From the NCBI GenBank assembly GCA_963834935.1, contig CAWIDS010000003.1, positions 121,373 to 185,372 on the forward strand: a stretch of 64,000 nucleotides of DNA, read 5' to 3'. Position 1 is the stretch's first letter; every line of letters begins with the position of its first letter. Origin of the DNA: Candidatus Nomurabacteria bacterium. GTDB lineage: Bacteria > Patescibacteriota > Minisyncoccia > Phycocordibacterales > CALRBL01. Under the pieces are notes generated by a model. The model saw only the letters and a program-made list of their open reading frames with translations. It made no database searches and was not told the origin of the DNA. The translations under genes and the position numbers were made by a program. Shown here in pieces: positions 51,923-61,764 of the stretch.

Positions 51923-52873
51923 CTAAGATGATAGCTGGTTAGTGCTCGAAGCGGAAGGGGTAAGGAGAAGCTCGTAAATGGAAGCTCTATCCTTAATGAA
52001 GACACGCTGATCGTAGGTACGGAAATCGAGATTGCTGCCCGAAAGGAGCTCGAAGGTATTCTGCGGGGTTCGCGTGTCAAGCTCGGTAATATAGATGCCG
52101 TCCGGCTTGGAGAAAAGAATGACATCATTCCTTCCCTGATAGAAATCGACTCTCTTTACCCCGTCAGAATTCATGACATCCACGCTGTCCTGGCACGCGA
52201 CCCTTTCCTCATCACAGAAAAGGAAAGGCGTCGAGTCCTCGCTGCCCAGCCATACTGCTTTCACCCAGCCACCATCCTTCACTATCTCTATATTATTCCT
52301 GATGAGGCTAGAGGTCGCCGCAATGGAAAAAGGGGCTGAGACGTAAGGAGAAGTGGTGGAAAAGCCTTTCAGGCTCCGGACGGTCGAGGTCGATGAAAGA
52401 TCGTGAACCGAAGTAGTAGCGGCAAAAAGCAGAGTCACTTGCTTGTAAAGAGGATTGCTTTCGGAGCCGTAATCGTTGGAAATGAATTTAGGGATGGAAC
52501 TGGTGGCAATATCCTGCGGAATAAGATACGGGTAGCCTTCAGCAACGCGCTGGGCTTTGACGTCAATCTTCTTGTTCCACGAGCGATAGCCAGGCTTAGT
52601 GACCATGACGTCGTACGACTGCGCTTTGAGATTGGAGATGAAGATACCGCGATAGAAAAGGCTGGTGGTCTGCGAGAGCGACCCATCGAGATACACCTCG
52701 GCTCCTGACTCAGGATAGAAGACATAGATGCCTCCGGTCTTTTGGAGCGAGAAATCCTTGGTGAGGCGATATCCCGTGGAATAAAGGATAGCCACCGGTA
52801 TCAATATTATGAAAATGAATATGAAGAAAAGAAAGAAAAGGAAGCGCATTCGGGCTGGCATTGGCTCTGTCAT
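51923..52873 (-). CDS. Membrane-anchored PEGA-domain protein
   Basis: TM helix then TGGIYV...GAEVYLDG...TKPGYRSWNK. Confidence 0.75.
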   Translation of the reverse strand: MTEPMPARMRFLFFLFFIFIFIILIPVAILYSTGYRLTKDFSLQKTGGIYVFYPESGAEVYLDGSLSQTTSLFYRGIFISNLKAQSYDVMVTKPGYRSWNKKIDVKAQRVAEGYPYLIPQDIATSSIPKFISNDYGSESNPLYKQVTLLFAATTSVHDLSSTSTVRSLKGFSTTSPYVSAPFSIAATSSLIRNNIEIVKDGGWVKAVWLGSEDSTPFLFCDEERVACQDSVDVMNSDGVKRVDFYQGRNDVILFSKPDGIYITELDTRTPQNTFELLSGSNLDFRTYDQRVFIKDRASIYELLLTPSASSTNQLSS

Positions 52874-52878
52874 AGGTC

Positions 52879-54426
52879 TTACATTATAGCATCTTTCTTA
52901 TGAAATTTCGGCGTAACCCAGAAACCCATGTATCTTCCGAAAAAGAGGCGCGTCTCGGCATCAAGGCCGGGAACTGCTCCGAAAATGATGATGGTGATAG
53001 GTACAAGCACCCACTGCAGGAACATCACCAGCTGGTCGCGCCTGCGCTGGCGGCTGGGAAGCTTCGGCAGGAAGTTCAGGAAGACGAAAGCGCTGACGAC
53101 AAGGCCGGACATGGCGAGGATCATCAGGTTCCGAGTGATGATCGGCAGATTGTAAGAGAGGACCGTGCTATTGAAATCCTTTCCGCCGAGAATCAGAGGT
53201 AGCCATCCGAGAAGCAGGATCATTATCGGGTTGGTAGCAAGAGACCAATACCCTTCGAGCTGGGTGAAGGTTACCCGTATCTTCTTCCATAGAGGAATCT
53301 GCCTGTTCTTCATGAAGCTGAAGAGGATGTATGGCACGTTCTCTGATCCCCATGCCCAGCGCCGCTGCTGCTTGTAGATATTCTTCATCGTCTGCCAGAA
53401 TGTCGGCGCAAGGTTGGCATCCATGGAAACTGGGTATGAAAGGGAGATCGTGCGGTAATCGCCATCGTAAGCCATGTAGGCATTCCAAAAGATGCGTGAA
53501 TCCTCCGACACCATGTTCTTCTGCCAGAAGCCGATATCATGAAGGGTCTTGAACGATACCGTATGTGAGGAGAACGTGACGTTCTTCTCCGGGCGCTCTT
53601 GCTGGATCATCTGCCAGAACGTGCTCGATCCGGCGACAACTCGCGAGAAGGCAGGAGCATCCCAGATATTGTTGTTGAAGAAAGGCACTGGCTGATACGA
53701 AACGCGATAGCGGTCTTCGGCGGTCAGGAAATGCCAGGTGACGCAAAGAAAATAATTCTTGTAGACGGCTGTGTCGATATCGAAAGCTGATACCAAGACG
53801 TCATCATATGAAATGGAATGGGCGTCGAGGATTTTTGCCTGGGCTTCGCGGGCGGCATAGGAAATATTCGAGCCCTTGCCTGCCATCTCGCCAGGGAGAT
53901 CAGCAGGATGCGATGTAACGAGGAAATACCCGAACTTCGAAGCGTGCTTCACGCGTATCTTCTCTGCAATCTCAGCTGCTTCCTTTCCCCGCTTCGCTTC
54001 GCTTGCAAGGACGACGATCATCTTCTTCAAGTCATAGTCGGAATCGATCAATGCAATGATACTTTTTTCTATGGTCTCGAAGTCTTCACTGTAAAAAGGA
54101 AGGATGATCATGTGATAGACGTGCTCGTATCTGAGATTCGAAAGCATCTCCCTCCAGTCGATCACCAACGCATGGTTCATCCTCATCCAGTTGCGGCGAA
54201 GAAAATATGAAAGATAAATGGTCTTCAGGAGCCAATAAAGGTCGAAGACAATGATGAAGATCGAAGCGAAGATGGGAAAGAAATGGGAAAGGATGATGGT
54301 GCCGAGAATGGTTCCCCAGGCTAACGTTCCCGGGACCATTTCGAAAATCCGGTAAACTACCCTGTCAGTTCCAGACAGATCGGAAGCCCTTCCTACGTGA
54401 AAATAAGGAGAATCCTTGTATGGCAT
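52879..54426 (-). CDS. Membrane glycosyltransferase family 2
   Basis: GKGSN, FDID, SEDSRIF, QQRRWAWG, flanking TM helices. Confidence 0.88.
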   Translation of the reverse strand: MPYKDSPYFHVGRASDLSGTDRVVYRIFEMVPGTLAWGTILGTIILSHFFPIFASIFIIVFDLYWLLKTIYLSYFLRRNWMRMNHALVIDWREMLSNLRYEHVYHMIILPFYSEDFETIEKSIIALIDSDYDLKKMIVVLASEAKRGKEAAEIAEKIRVKHASKFGYFLVTSHPADLPGEMAGKGSNISYAAREAQAKILDAHSISYDDVLVSAFDIDTAVYKNYFLCVTWHFLTAEDRYRVSYQPVPFFNNNIWDAPAFSRVVAGSSTFWQMIQQERPEKNVTFSSHTVSFKTLHDIGFWQKNMVSEDSRIFWNAYMAYDGDYRTISLSYPVSMDANLAPTFWQTMKNIYKQQRRWAWGSENVPYILFSFMKNRQIPLWKKIRVTFTQLEGYWSLATNPIMILLLGWLPLILGGKDFNSTVLSYNLPIITRNLMILAMSGLVVSAFVFLNFLPKLPSRQRRRDQLVMFLQWVLVPITIIIFGAVPGLDAETRLFFGRYMGFWVTPKFHKKDAIM

Positions 54427-54452
54427 ATTTCGGCAGTCATTCGGCATGAGTG

Positions 54453-54525
54453 AGCCGCCTCTCGGACTTGAACCGAGGACCTTCGCTTTACAAAAGCGTT
54501 GCTCTACCAACTGAGCTAAGGCGGC
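54453..54525 (-). tRNA. tRNA-Thr (TGT)
   Basis: GCCGCCTTAGCTCAGTTGGTAGAGC...TT-TGT-AA...GGTTCAAGTCC. Confidence 0.95.
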
Positions 54526-54589
54526 AATTTTTAACAACTGTATTTATGACTCTAACACAAGAAAACCCCTCTATCAAACTGCTTTTCTC

Positions 54590-54880
54590 CTATTTCTTCG
54601 GCAGCTTTTTCTTCAAGTATTTGACTGCTTTATGAAAATAAAACTCGGCGCGCTCGATGACATAATGTCCGAACAGCACGAAGGTCTTCCTGTTGAAGAA
54701 CTTCACGACGCGTTTGAGCTTCCAAAGCTTGTCGAGGAAGAACCTGTCCACTTTCTTTATGAATTGTATGGTCTTACCGAAGAGATTCCTTTCCATTATC
54801 TGGTCATAGGCCAAACGGACCACGATCATCAGGATAATGAGAGCAAGCGCCGTGAAAAAGATTATTTGGGAGATAAGCAT
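54590..54880 (-). CDS. Hypothetical single-TM basic protein
   Basis: 96-aa ORF after tsf. Confidence 0.65.
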   Translation of the reverse strand: MLISQIIFFTALALIILMIVVRLAYDQIMERNLFGKTIQFIKKVDRFFLDKLWKLKRVVKFFNRKTFVLFGHYVIERAEFYFHKAVKYLKKKLPKK

Positions 54881-55485
54881 AAGGCTTCCCGCTCTCGGTT
54901 ATTTCTCGAGAGCGGAAAACGGGCGATCTTGCCGATAGCGATCTTCTCGCCGAATTTCTGGGTAGCATTGGTGATGAGCTCAGCTATGGTCTGATCCTCA
55001 TTCTTGATATAAGGCTGCTCCATAAGTACGCGTTCCTTGAAGTAAGCGTCGATCTTTCCTTGAAGAATCTTCTCCTTCAAGTCCTCAGGCTTGCCCTCTA
55101 CTTCCTTCGAGAAAAGTTCCTTGGCACGCGCCATTTCTTCCTCGCCGATATCTTCGCGGCGGACGAATTCAGGGTTGGTCGCAGAGACATGCATGGCGAT
55201 ATCGCGGGCAAGAGAAACGAAATCCTGGTTCTTCGAGACGAAATCAGTTTCGGAAAGGAGCATGACCATGGCGCCGATGGTGCCATTCGAATGAATATAT
55301 GAAGAAACCGCTCCGGCGCTGAGGTCACGGTCGGATTTCTTCGAAGCGATGTCTGCTCCCTTCTTCTTCAGAAGCATAATAGCCTTCTGCATGTCTCCGC
55401 CTGCTTCCTCAAGAGCTTTCCTGCATTGCATGACCGAAATACCTGTCTCTTCCCTTAATTGCTTTACTTGTTCGGTTGTAATCAT
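54862..55485 (-). CDS. tsf: Elongation factor Ts (short form; 3' end may be extended by an indel)
   Basis: VKQLREETGISVMQCRKAL, SETDFV, LMEQPYIK. Confidence 0.95.
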   Translation of the reverse strand: MITTEQVKQLREETGISVMQCRKALEEAGGDMQKAIMLLKKKGADIASKKSDRDLSAGAVSSYIHSNGTIGAMVMLLSETDFVSKNQDFVSLARDIAMHVSATNPEFVRREDIGEEEMARAKELFSKEVEGKPEDLKEKILQGKIDAYFKERVLMEQPYIKNEDQTIAELITNATQKFGEKIAIGKIARFPLSRNNREREALCLSPK

Positions 55486-55501
55486 ACGAAAATAGTTAAA
55501 A

Positions 55502-56212
55502 TTATTTGACTTCCTTCGATCCTTCCTTGTATTCGGCGATGGCGGCGTCTACGATATAATTGATGCTTGAGACTGAAGCGTCGTTTCCGACGATAGGATA
55601 GGTGACTTCATTGATATTGCAATCTGATCCGCAGAGAGCGATGACAGGAATGCCGAGAGCTTCTGCTTCGCGAAGGGCGATGTTCTCTTTCCTTGAATCA
55701 ACTATGAAAAGGGCGTCAGGCATCTTGGTAAGAGGAATGAGTCCAGAGAAAAGAGTGTCGAGGCGGGTGATCTCGCGATCAATGAGCAGTCGCTCCTTCT
55801 TGGTGTATTTTCCAAGCTCTCCTTTCTCACGCTTCTGGCTTAGGTCGAGGAATTTGTCGATTCGCTTTCGGATTTCGCCGAAATTGCTCAAGGTTCCTCC
55901 GATCCATCGGCCCGAGACGAAAGGCATGTTGAGAGCTCCTCCTGCCTTGGCGATAGCCTTGCTAGCTTCGCTCTTGCCTCCGACGAAAAGGATGTTTTTC
56001 TTCTCTGAACCGAGCTTCTTGATGAAAGCAAGAGCGTCTTCGAGGAGAGTCTCTGTCTTTTCAAGGTCAAAGATCTCCACACGATTCTTCACTCCGAAAA
56101 TGTAAGGGCTGACAGTAGGATGCCGTCGCGATTTGACGAAACCGAAATGAGCTCCTGCCTTGAAAAGAGCTTCGATACGCGTTTTTGCCATTGTTTCGCT
56201 GTTTTTTGTCAT
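55502..56212 (-). CDS. rpsB: 30S ribosomal protein S2
   Basis: AGAHFG, RWIGGTLSNF, PIVGND. Confidence 0.96.
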   Translation of the reverse strand: MTKNSETMAKTRIEALFKAGAHFGFVKSRRHPTVSPYIFGVKNRVEIFDLEKTETLLEDALAFIKKLGSEKKNILFVGGKSEASKAIAKAGGALNMPFVSGRWIGGTLSNFGEIRKRIDKFLDLSQKREKGELGKYTKKERLLIDREITRLDTLFSGLIPLTKMPDALFIVDSRKENIALREAEALGIPVIALCGSDCNINEVTYPIVGNDASVSSINYIVDAAIAEYKEGSKEVK

Positions 56213-56249
56213 GTTCGAAAATTCTAGCAGATTGTGGAAGAAATGCAAA

Positions 56250-57176
56250 TTACTCGCCCTTGTATGCAGCTAAGGCATCTATGATTGGGTCAAGATATCC
56301 CTCCATTATCTTGGGAATGTTGTGCCAGGACTCCTTTATGCGGTGATCAGTGATCCTGTCTTGGAGAATATTGTAGGTGCGGATCTTCTCGGATCGGTCT
56401 GCGGTTCCGATCTGACCTTTCCTATTTGCGGAGAATTTCTTCGCTTCCTCTTCTTCCTTTATGGCTTCAAGCTTGGCAATGAGGATGCTCATGGCTTTTT
56501 CGCGATTCTTAAGCTGGCTGCGCTCCGAAGTGCAGCGCACATCGATGCCGGTTGGCTTATGGATGAGGCGCACTGCTGTCTCCACCTTATTCACGTTCTG
56601 GCCTCCGGCTCCCCCCGAACGAGAGAATTCCATCTCGATATCAGCCGGGTTGATGACGATGGCTGATTTCTTCCTGATAGGAAGGATGGCGACTGAAGCA
56701 GTCGAGGTATGGACTCGCCCCATCTTTTCCGTCGCAGGAACGCGCTGAACCCTGTGAACTCCAGTCTCGAAGCGAAGTTTCTCAAATACCCCCTCTCCGT
56801 CAAATTCAAAAGTCAGATTATCAAGCTGGGTAACCCTCCAATTCTTCATCACAGCGTACTTTGCATACATCTGGCCGAGCTCTTCAGCAAAAAGGGTCGC
56901 TTCTTCCCCTCCCGCTCCGGCACGGATCTCCAAGATAAGCTGGCGTGGAAATTCCATGTCAGCCTCTTCTTCTTTCCTTATGATATCTTCCATTTGCTTG
57001 TAAATGACATCCATCTGTCCTTCGATGCGGGCCGACTCTTCCTTTGCCAACTCAGCCATTGCCGGATCACTCTCTGCTATAGACAAAGACTCGTCACGTT
57101 CTTTGCCGAGACGTTCGTATTCCGAAGCCAAGAAGCTTGTCTTATAATTTTCCTTGAAGTTATCTATTTGTTGCAT
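56250..57176 (-). CDS. prfA: Peptide chain release factor 1
   Basis: PAT recognition motif (RVPATE), GGQ, EKIRTYN. Confidence 0.92.
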   Translation of the reverse strand: MQQIDNFKENYKTSFLASEYERLGKERDESLSIAESDPAMAELAKEESARIEGQMDVIYKQMEDIIRKEEEADMEFPRQLILEIRAGAGGEEATLFAEELGQMYAKYAVMKNWRVTQLDNLTFEFDGEGVFEKLRFETGVHRVQRVPATEKMGRVHTSTASVAILPIRKKSAIVINPADIEMEFSRSGGAGGQNVNKVETAVRLIHKPTGIDVRCTSERSQLKNREKAMSILIAKLEAIKEEEEAKKFSANRKGQIGTADRSEKIRTYNILQDRITDHRIKESWHNIPKIMEGYLDPIIDALAAYKGE

Positions 57177-57241
57177 GTTAAAATAATTATACTATAGAAA
57201 AAATTCTCCAGTCTGCCCGGATATCTTTCCCTAAACGTTAG

Positions 57242-57493
57242 TTATTTTTTAGCAACGGCTTTTCGAGCCTTGAACTTTTCAACGCGGCCGGCTGAGTCGA
57301 GGACTTTCTCGTTTCCGGTATAGAAAGGGTGAGATGCGCTTGAGATTTCCACTTTCGTGAGAGGATACTCCTTTCCTTCGAAAGTGCCTGTCTCTTTGGT
57401 CTCGATGGTAGAACCGATAAGGAACATGGCTCCGCTCGAGCTGTCCTGGAAGATCACCATTCGATAATTCTTTGGGTGGATGTCTTTTTTCAT
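57242..57493 (-). CDS. rpmE: 50S ribosomal protein L31 type B
   Basis: MKKDIHP...[12 protein letters not shown]...GRVEKF; no Cys. Confidence 0.93.
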   Translation of the reverse strand: MKKDIHPKNYRMVIFQDSSSGAMFLIGSTIETKETGTFEGKEYPLTKVEISSASHPFYTGNEKVLDSAGRVEKFKARKAVAKK

Positions 57494-57516
57494 GTGGATA
57501 TCAGACTATCAGATAA

Positions 57517-58887
57517 TTACGGTTGTTGCAAGATATCGATGTTTGACTGGATCGCAGTGGCTTTGGCTATGACCTGATCTCCGTAGAAGGTATTGCTTCC
57601 CGAGCAATTACGGCCCGAATAATAACGGCAAGCGGCATTGTGCTCTGCGGTATAGCCTCCTGCAGAAGCCCCAAGGTCTGACAGATAAAGGGCTGAAGCG
57701 GTGATGGCATCCTGAGGATTCCAAGGATCAGGCATGGCTTTTCCTACCGCATGTCCGATCCTGTCCTTGCTAAGCATCCAGGTCGAGGCAATGAATTGCG
57801 CTGGACCCATAGCTCCTCCGTAGCCAACACTGAACGGACAGGAGACGCGAGTATGATGGGAATCGCGTCCGAGGGCGGTCGTTATCTCAATGAAAGGCTC
57901 GATATCCCTTCCCGGTTTCATCACGTTAGCGACGGCCGCTCCGCTCGATACTTTGACCCCGGCTCCGGTAGTATCGTCGGAAAGATAGCACGAACCTACA
58001 TTTGCCCCCAGATTGCTTTCTTGCTGGATGATGGCAAGTATGAATGCAGGACGGACTCCAGTGATAGCGGAAGCTGATTTGGCATATGTAAGGGCATCTT
58101 CGAATTTGATGGCTGATACGTCGCGCAATTGGAACAAGGCATTCCTAATCTGCGTCGCTTGCGCCTCCTTCTGAGCGATGAGATTTTGATACTGGCTCTG
58201 CTGCTGTTTGTTGAGGCTCAGAAGCTGTTTCTTGTCCGCCTCAGCTTTTTTAATATTAGCCTGTTCCTGCTCGATATTCACTTTGGTATCGATCTCCTGA
58301 TTCTTTTGCTGATCGAGCGATTGCTTCTGTACTTCAGTCTGGGCTTCAGCCTGCTTTACCGTTCCCAAGAGGCTGCTGAGAGAATCCTGAATGGAAGAAA
58401 GAGCGTCGAAATCGATGAAAAAATCAGTGAGATTCCTCTGCGCGAGAAAGGCATCTGCTATTGAGAAAGAATCAAGCTGGTTAGTCTGGTCTATGATCTC
58501 GCTCAATGACTGGTGCCCTTGGTCGATCTGGCTGCTCAGGGTGTTTATGGTCTGTACCTTGACTGTAATATCCTTGCCGAGCTGGGCAATCGCCAGATTA
58601 TGGGCCTTTATCTTAAGCTGCGCCTCTGCAATCTGGGCATCGAGGATGGCAATGTCACGACTTATGGATTTCCCTTCGCCTTCCTTCTCTGTCAGGATGG
58701 CCTGCTGCTGAGTGATCTGATTCTCGATATCAGTAAGCTCGGCTTGGAGAGCGGCTTGCTGGGCAGGGGTGAGAGGTGCCGGCGTAGTCTGGGAAAATCC
58801 CGGGATTATATGAAAAGAAAAGGCTGCTGTTGCTATCAAAGCAAGAGAAAAAAAGCCGATTACTGTCTTTTTTATGGAAATACGCAT
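57517..58887 (-). CDS. Secreted coiled-coil plus lytic murein transglycosylase (SLT_2-like)
   Basis: Signal peptide, long Gln-rich coiled coil, AIIQQES, GAMGPAQF, DAITASALYL. Confidence 0.85.
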   Translation of the reverse strand: MRISIKKTVIGFFSLALIATAAFSFHIIPGFSQTTPAPLTPAQQAALQAELTDIENQITQQQAILTEKEGEGKSISRDIAILDAQIAEAQLKIKAHNLAIAQLGKDITVKVQTINTLSSQIDQGHQSLSEIIDQTNQLDSFSIADAFLAQRNLTDFFIDFDALSSIQDSLSSLLGTVKQAEAQTEVQKQSLDQQKNQEIDTKVNIEQEQANIKKAEADKKQLLSLNKQQQSQYQNLIAQKEAQATQIRNALFQLRDVSAIKFEDALTYAKSASAITGVRPAFILAIIQQESNLGANVGSCYLSDDTTGAGVKVSSGAAVANVMKPGRDIEPFIEITTALGRDSHHTRVSCPFSVGYGGAMGPAQFIASTWMLSKDRIGHAVGKAMPDPWNPQDAITASALYLSDLGASAGGYTAEHNAACRYYSGRNCSGSNTFYGDQVIAKATAIQSNIDILQQP

Positions 58888-58912
58888 GTAATATACTGGA
58901 AATGCCAGAGCA

Positions 58913-59560
58913 CTATTCCGCCGCCTCTGACGCACCCTCTTCTTCTTTCTTTCCTTTACTTACCGAAAGCTCGATAGCAGAAAGATCCACTGGAGCTGAT
59001 TCCTCGATGACTTCTTCTTTTGCCTCAGATACAAGAGCAATCACTTCTTCAGGAGCAGAAACGAGATCAACACCGGCTGGAAGGATGATGTCTTTAGCAA
59101 GGATCTGCGATTCGAAATTGACCAATGAATCGATCGAAACGGTGAGGGCGTGAGGAAGGTTCGAAGGTGTAGCCTCGATTTCGATTTCGTGAGCTACCTT
59201 GACCAAAGTACCTCCTAGTTCCTTTACGGCAGGAGAATTTCCTTCAAAGTGGAGAGGAACGTTGACCTGGACCTTCTTTCCCTTTTCGACGACATAGAAG
59301 TCGACGTGGCGGACTTTTTCAGTGACGGGATCTAGGTCAATATCGTGGATAAGGGCTTCATGGTCGCCCCTCTCGGTCTTAAGGACGACGATCGAGGATT
59401 CTCCGGCCTGCTTCCATACTCGCATGAATTCTACTTCAGAGAGAGTGATAGGGGTCGAGGATTCCTTTCGGCCGTAAAATACGGCAGGAATCTTGCCATT
59501 CTTGCGAAGATTATAGATATTATCGGCCTTTGCCCGTGTTGTTGTTGCAAGTGTGATCAT
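58913..59560 (-). CDS. rplY: 50S ribosomal protein L25/Ctc
   Basis: LRKNGKIPAVFYG, HVDFY, C-terminal Ctc domain. Confidence 0.93.
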   Translation of the reverse strand: MITLATTTRAKADNIYNLRKNGKIPAVFYGRKESSTPITLSEVEFMRVWKQAGESSIVVLKTERGDHEALIHDIDLDPVTEKVRHVDFYVVEKGKKVQVNVPLHFEGNSPAVKELGGTLVKVAHEIEIEATPSNLPHALTVSIDSLVNFESQILAKDIILPAGVDLVSAPEEVIALVSEAKEEVIEESAPVDLSAIELSVSKGKKEEEGASEAAE

Positions 59561-59593
59561 AAGAATCTTAATATACCCTAATGTTCAGAAAAA

Positions 59594-60457
59594 TCAAGCA
59601 ATTCGGTTAAAGAGCTTCAATCGAGCTTCGACTTGGGCCTGCATAGCCTCAAGCGGCCCTTTCATTATCTTGTAGGGCGCTACTTCGTCAGGGTTGGCTG
59701 TGAGATAAGTACGAAGCGTCGAAGCGAAGGCGAAGCGAAGCTCGGTGCTGATGTGGATGATGGCCATTCCCGCATCGGCCGCCTTCATGAAATCCTCGTC
59801 TGGAGTTCCCGATCCACCATGGAGAACCATCGGAATGCCGATCGCCTCAGAAATCGCCTTAATGCGCTCAATATGAAGATGTGGATCCTTGCCGACGCGC
59901 ATCATGCCGTGAACATTGCCCACAGCCGGCGCGAACATATCGACTCCAGTCGCTTTTACAAAATTTAACGCCTGCTCGGGAGTGGTAAGGTCAGCTTCGT
60001 TCTGAAGTGCTCCTTCGGGAATGGCATCGAGGATCTTCGAGGAGCTGCCTATGTAGCCGAGTTCTGCTTCTACAATAATGTCAGGATTAACACTTCGTGC
60101 GTAGTCGACGCACTGCTTGGTAATCTTGATGTTTTCTTCGATAGGCAACTTGGCGCCGTCGAAGATGACCGAATCAAAGCCGGCGTCGATCACTTCCTTC
60201 ACCCGCTCGAAAGAATAGGTATGGTCGGCATTCAGGAAAACCTTCACTCCGTCAGCTTTGGCCGTATTCACCAAAGCGATCACCTGCTTGATGCCGATGA
60301 AGTCACGCTCTCCTTCGGAAACACCGATAATGACCGGAACATCGAGCTTTTTTGATGCATTCACTACCGCCCAAAATCCTTCGATGTTTGAAATGTTAAA
60401 ATGACCTATTGCTACTTTCCTTTTCAGCGCGTCCTGGATGGTTTCTTTGTATGTCAT
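59594..60457 (-). CDS. fba: Class II fructose-bisphosphate aldolase
   Basis: NADH, VEAELG, GNVHG, VLHGGSG. Confidence 0.9.
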   Translation of the reverse strand: MTYKETIQDALKRKVAIGHFNISNIEGFWAVVNASKKLDVPVIIGVSEGERDFIGIKQVIALVNTAKADGVKVFLNADHTYSFERVKEVIDAGFDSVIFDGAKLPIEENIKITKQCVDYARSVNPDIIVEAELGYIGSSSKILDAIPEGALQNEADLTTPEQALNFVKATGVDMFAPAVGNVHGMMRVGKDPHLHIERIKAISEAIGIPMVLHGGSGTPDEDFMKAADAGMAIIHISTELRFAFASTLRTYLTANPDEVAPYKIMKGPLEAMQAQVEARLKLFNRIA

Positions 60458-60500
60458 GCAGGCTATTCTAACATATGATATAATTTTCAGACACAACTAT

Positions 60501-61505
60501 ATGAATATCCCAAAAGAAATCGAGTTCTTAGCCATCGGAGATACGGTAGTGGATGCCTTTATCAGGCTCATCACAGCGGAAGAGATAGTGAATGTAGACC
60601 ATAATACGAGGGAAATCTGCATGACCTTCGGGGACAAGATCCCTTATGAATTTGCTGAAATCATCTCGGGCGTAGGAAACAGCGCCAATGCGGCCGTCTC
60701 GATCGCCCGCCTCGGCCTTCCCTCTTTCCTACTGTCGAATATCGGCGATGATCAGTACGGAAAGGATTGCCTCGATAATTTCCACCACAACAATGTCGAC
60801 ACCAGCCTCATCAAGATCCACCAAGGCAAAAATACCAACTACCATTACGTGCTCTGGTATCACAACGAGCGCACCATCCTCATCAAGCACGAGGAATATA
60901 CCTATGAGCTTCCCGACCTTCCTGCGCCGAAATACATATACCTGAGCTCGCTCTCGCAGAATTCCCTCAACTTCCACATGATGCTTTCTTCGTATCTTGA
61001 ATCTCATCCCGAAAGCAAACTCGTATTCCAGCCGGGGACGTTCCAGATCAGCCTGGGAACCGAGGCTCTCAAATCGATTTACCGACACACTTATCTCTTC
61101 TTCTGTAATGTTGAGGAAGCGCGCCGCATACTGAAAGTAGAAGACAAGGATATCAAGAAGCTATTTGCCGGAATTACTGCCCTCGGCCCGAAGATAACGG
61201 TGATTACCGATGGTCCGAAAGGAGCTTACGCATACGACAGTCTTTTAGACCAGACATGGTTCATGCCGCCTTATCCTGATCCAAAAGAACCTTACGAAAG
61301 GACAGGAGCCGGGGATGCCTTCGCTTCCACATTCACCGGAGCATTGATGCTCGGCAAGACCATTCCCGAAGCCCTCGCATGGGGCGCCATCAACTCGATG
61401 TCGGTCGTCCAGTACGTCGGCGCCCAGAAAGGCCTCCTTTCACAGGACAAAATTGAAGAATATTTGAAAAACAAACCAGCAGCGTTTCAAGCACAGTTGA
61501 TCTAG
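60501..61505 (+). CDS. PfkB-family carbohydrate kinase
   Basis: GNSANAAV, ERTGAGDAF. Confidence 0.9.
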   Translation: MNIPKEIEFLAIGDTVVDAFIRLITAEEIVNVDHNTREICMTFGDKIPYEFAEIISGVGNSANAAVSIARLGLPSFLLSNIGDDQYGKDCLDNFHHNNVDTSLIKIHQGKNTNYHYVLWYHNERTILIKHEEYTYELPDLPAPKYIYLSSLSQNSLNFHMMLSSYLESHPESKLVFQPGTFQISLGTEALKSIYRHTYLFFCNVEEARRILKVEDKDIKKLFAGITALGPKITVITDGPKGAYAYDSLLDQTWFMPPYPDPKEPYERTGAGDAFASTFTGALMLGKTIPEALAWGAINSMSVVQYVGAQKGLLSQDKIEEYLKNKPAAFQAQLI

Positions 61506-61508
61506 AGG

Positions 61509-61739
61509 CTACTTTTCATCAACTGCACTAAAACGCGCCACTTTCTGCCCGTCTTTGTTCGTCACTTCCTCTGTCCATTCGAAATATGGTCGTGTCCAGA
61601 GGCGAGAGAGAGGATTCGGATAGAGGGATTCATAGACAACGATATCCTGAAGCGTTTCGCTATCCTTTGCCAAAGCGATTACTTTATACAAATTGTTGTT
61701 TTTGTAATGCTTGTAGACGCCGTCGATATTTATTTTCAT
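61509..61739 (-). CDS. DUF1653 domain protein
   Basis: YKHYKNNNLYKV...DSET...VVYESL...WTRP. Confidence 0.85.
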   Translation of the reverse strand: MKINIDGVYKHYKNNNLYKVIALAKDSETLQDIVVYESLYPNPLSRLWTRPYFEWTEEVTNKDGQKVARFSAVDEK

Positions 61740-61764
61740 ACGATAATTGTATTACGTGCAGATT

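Noticed and set aside
54427-54537. N-terminal extension of the GT2 ORF in the ORF track
   Set aside because: It is read-through of tRNA-Thr; the real start is downstream.
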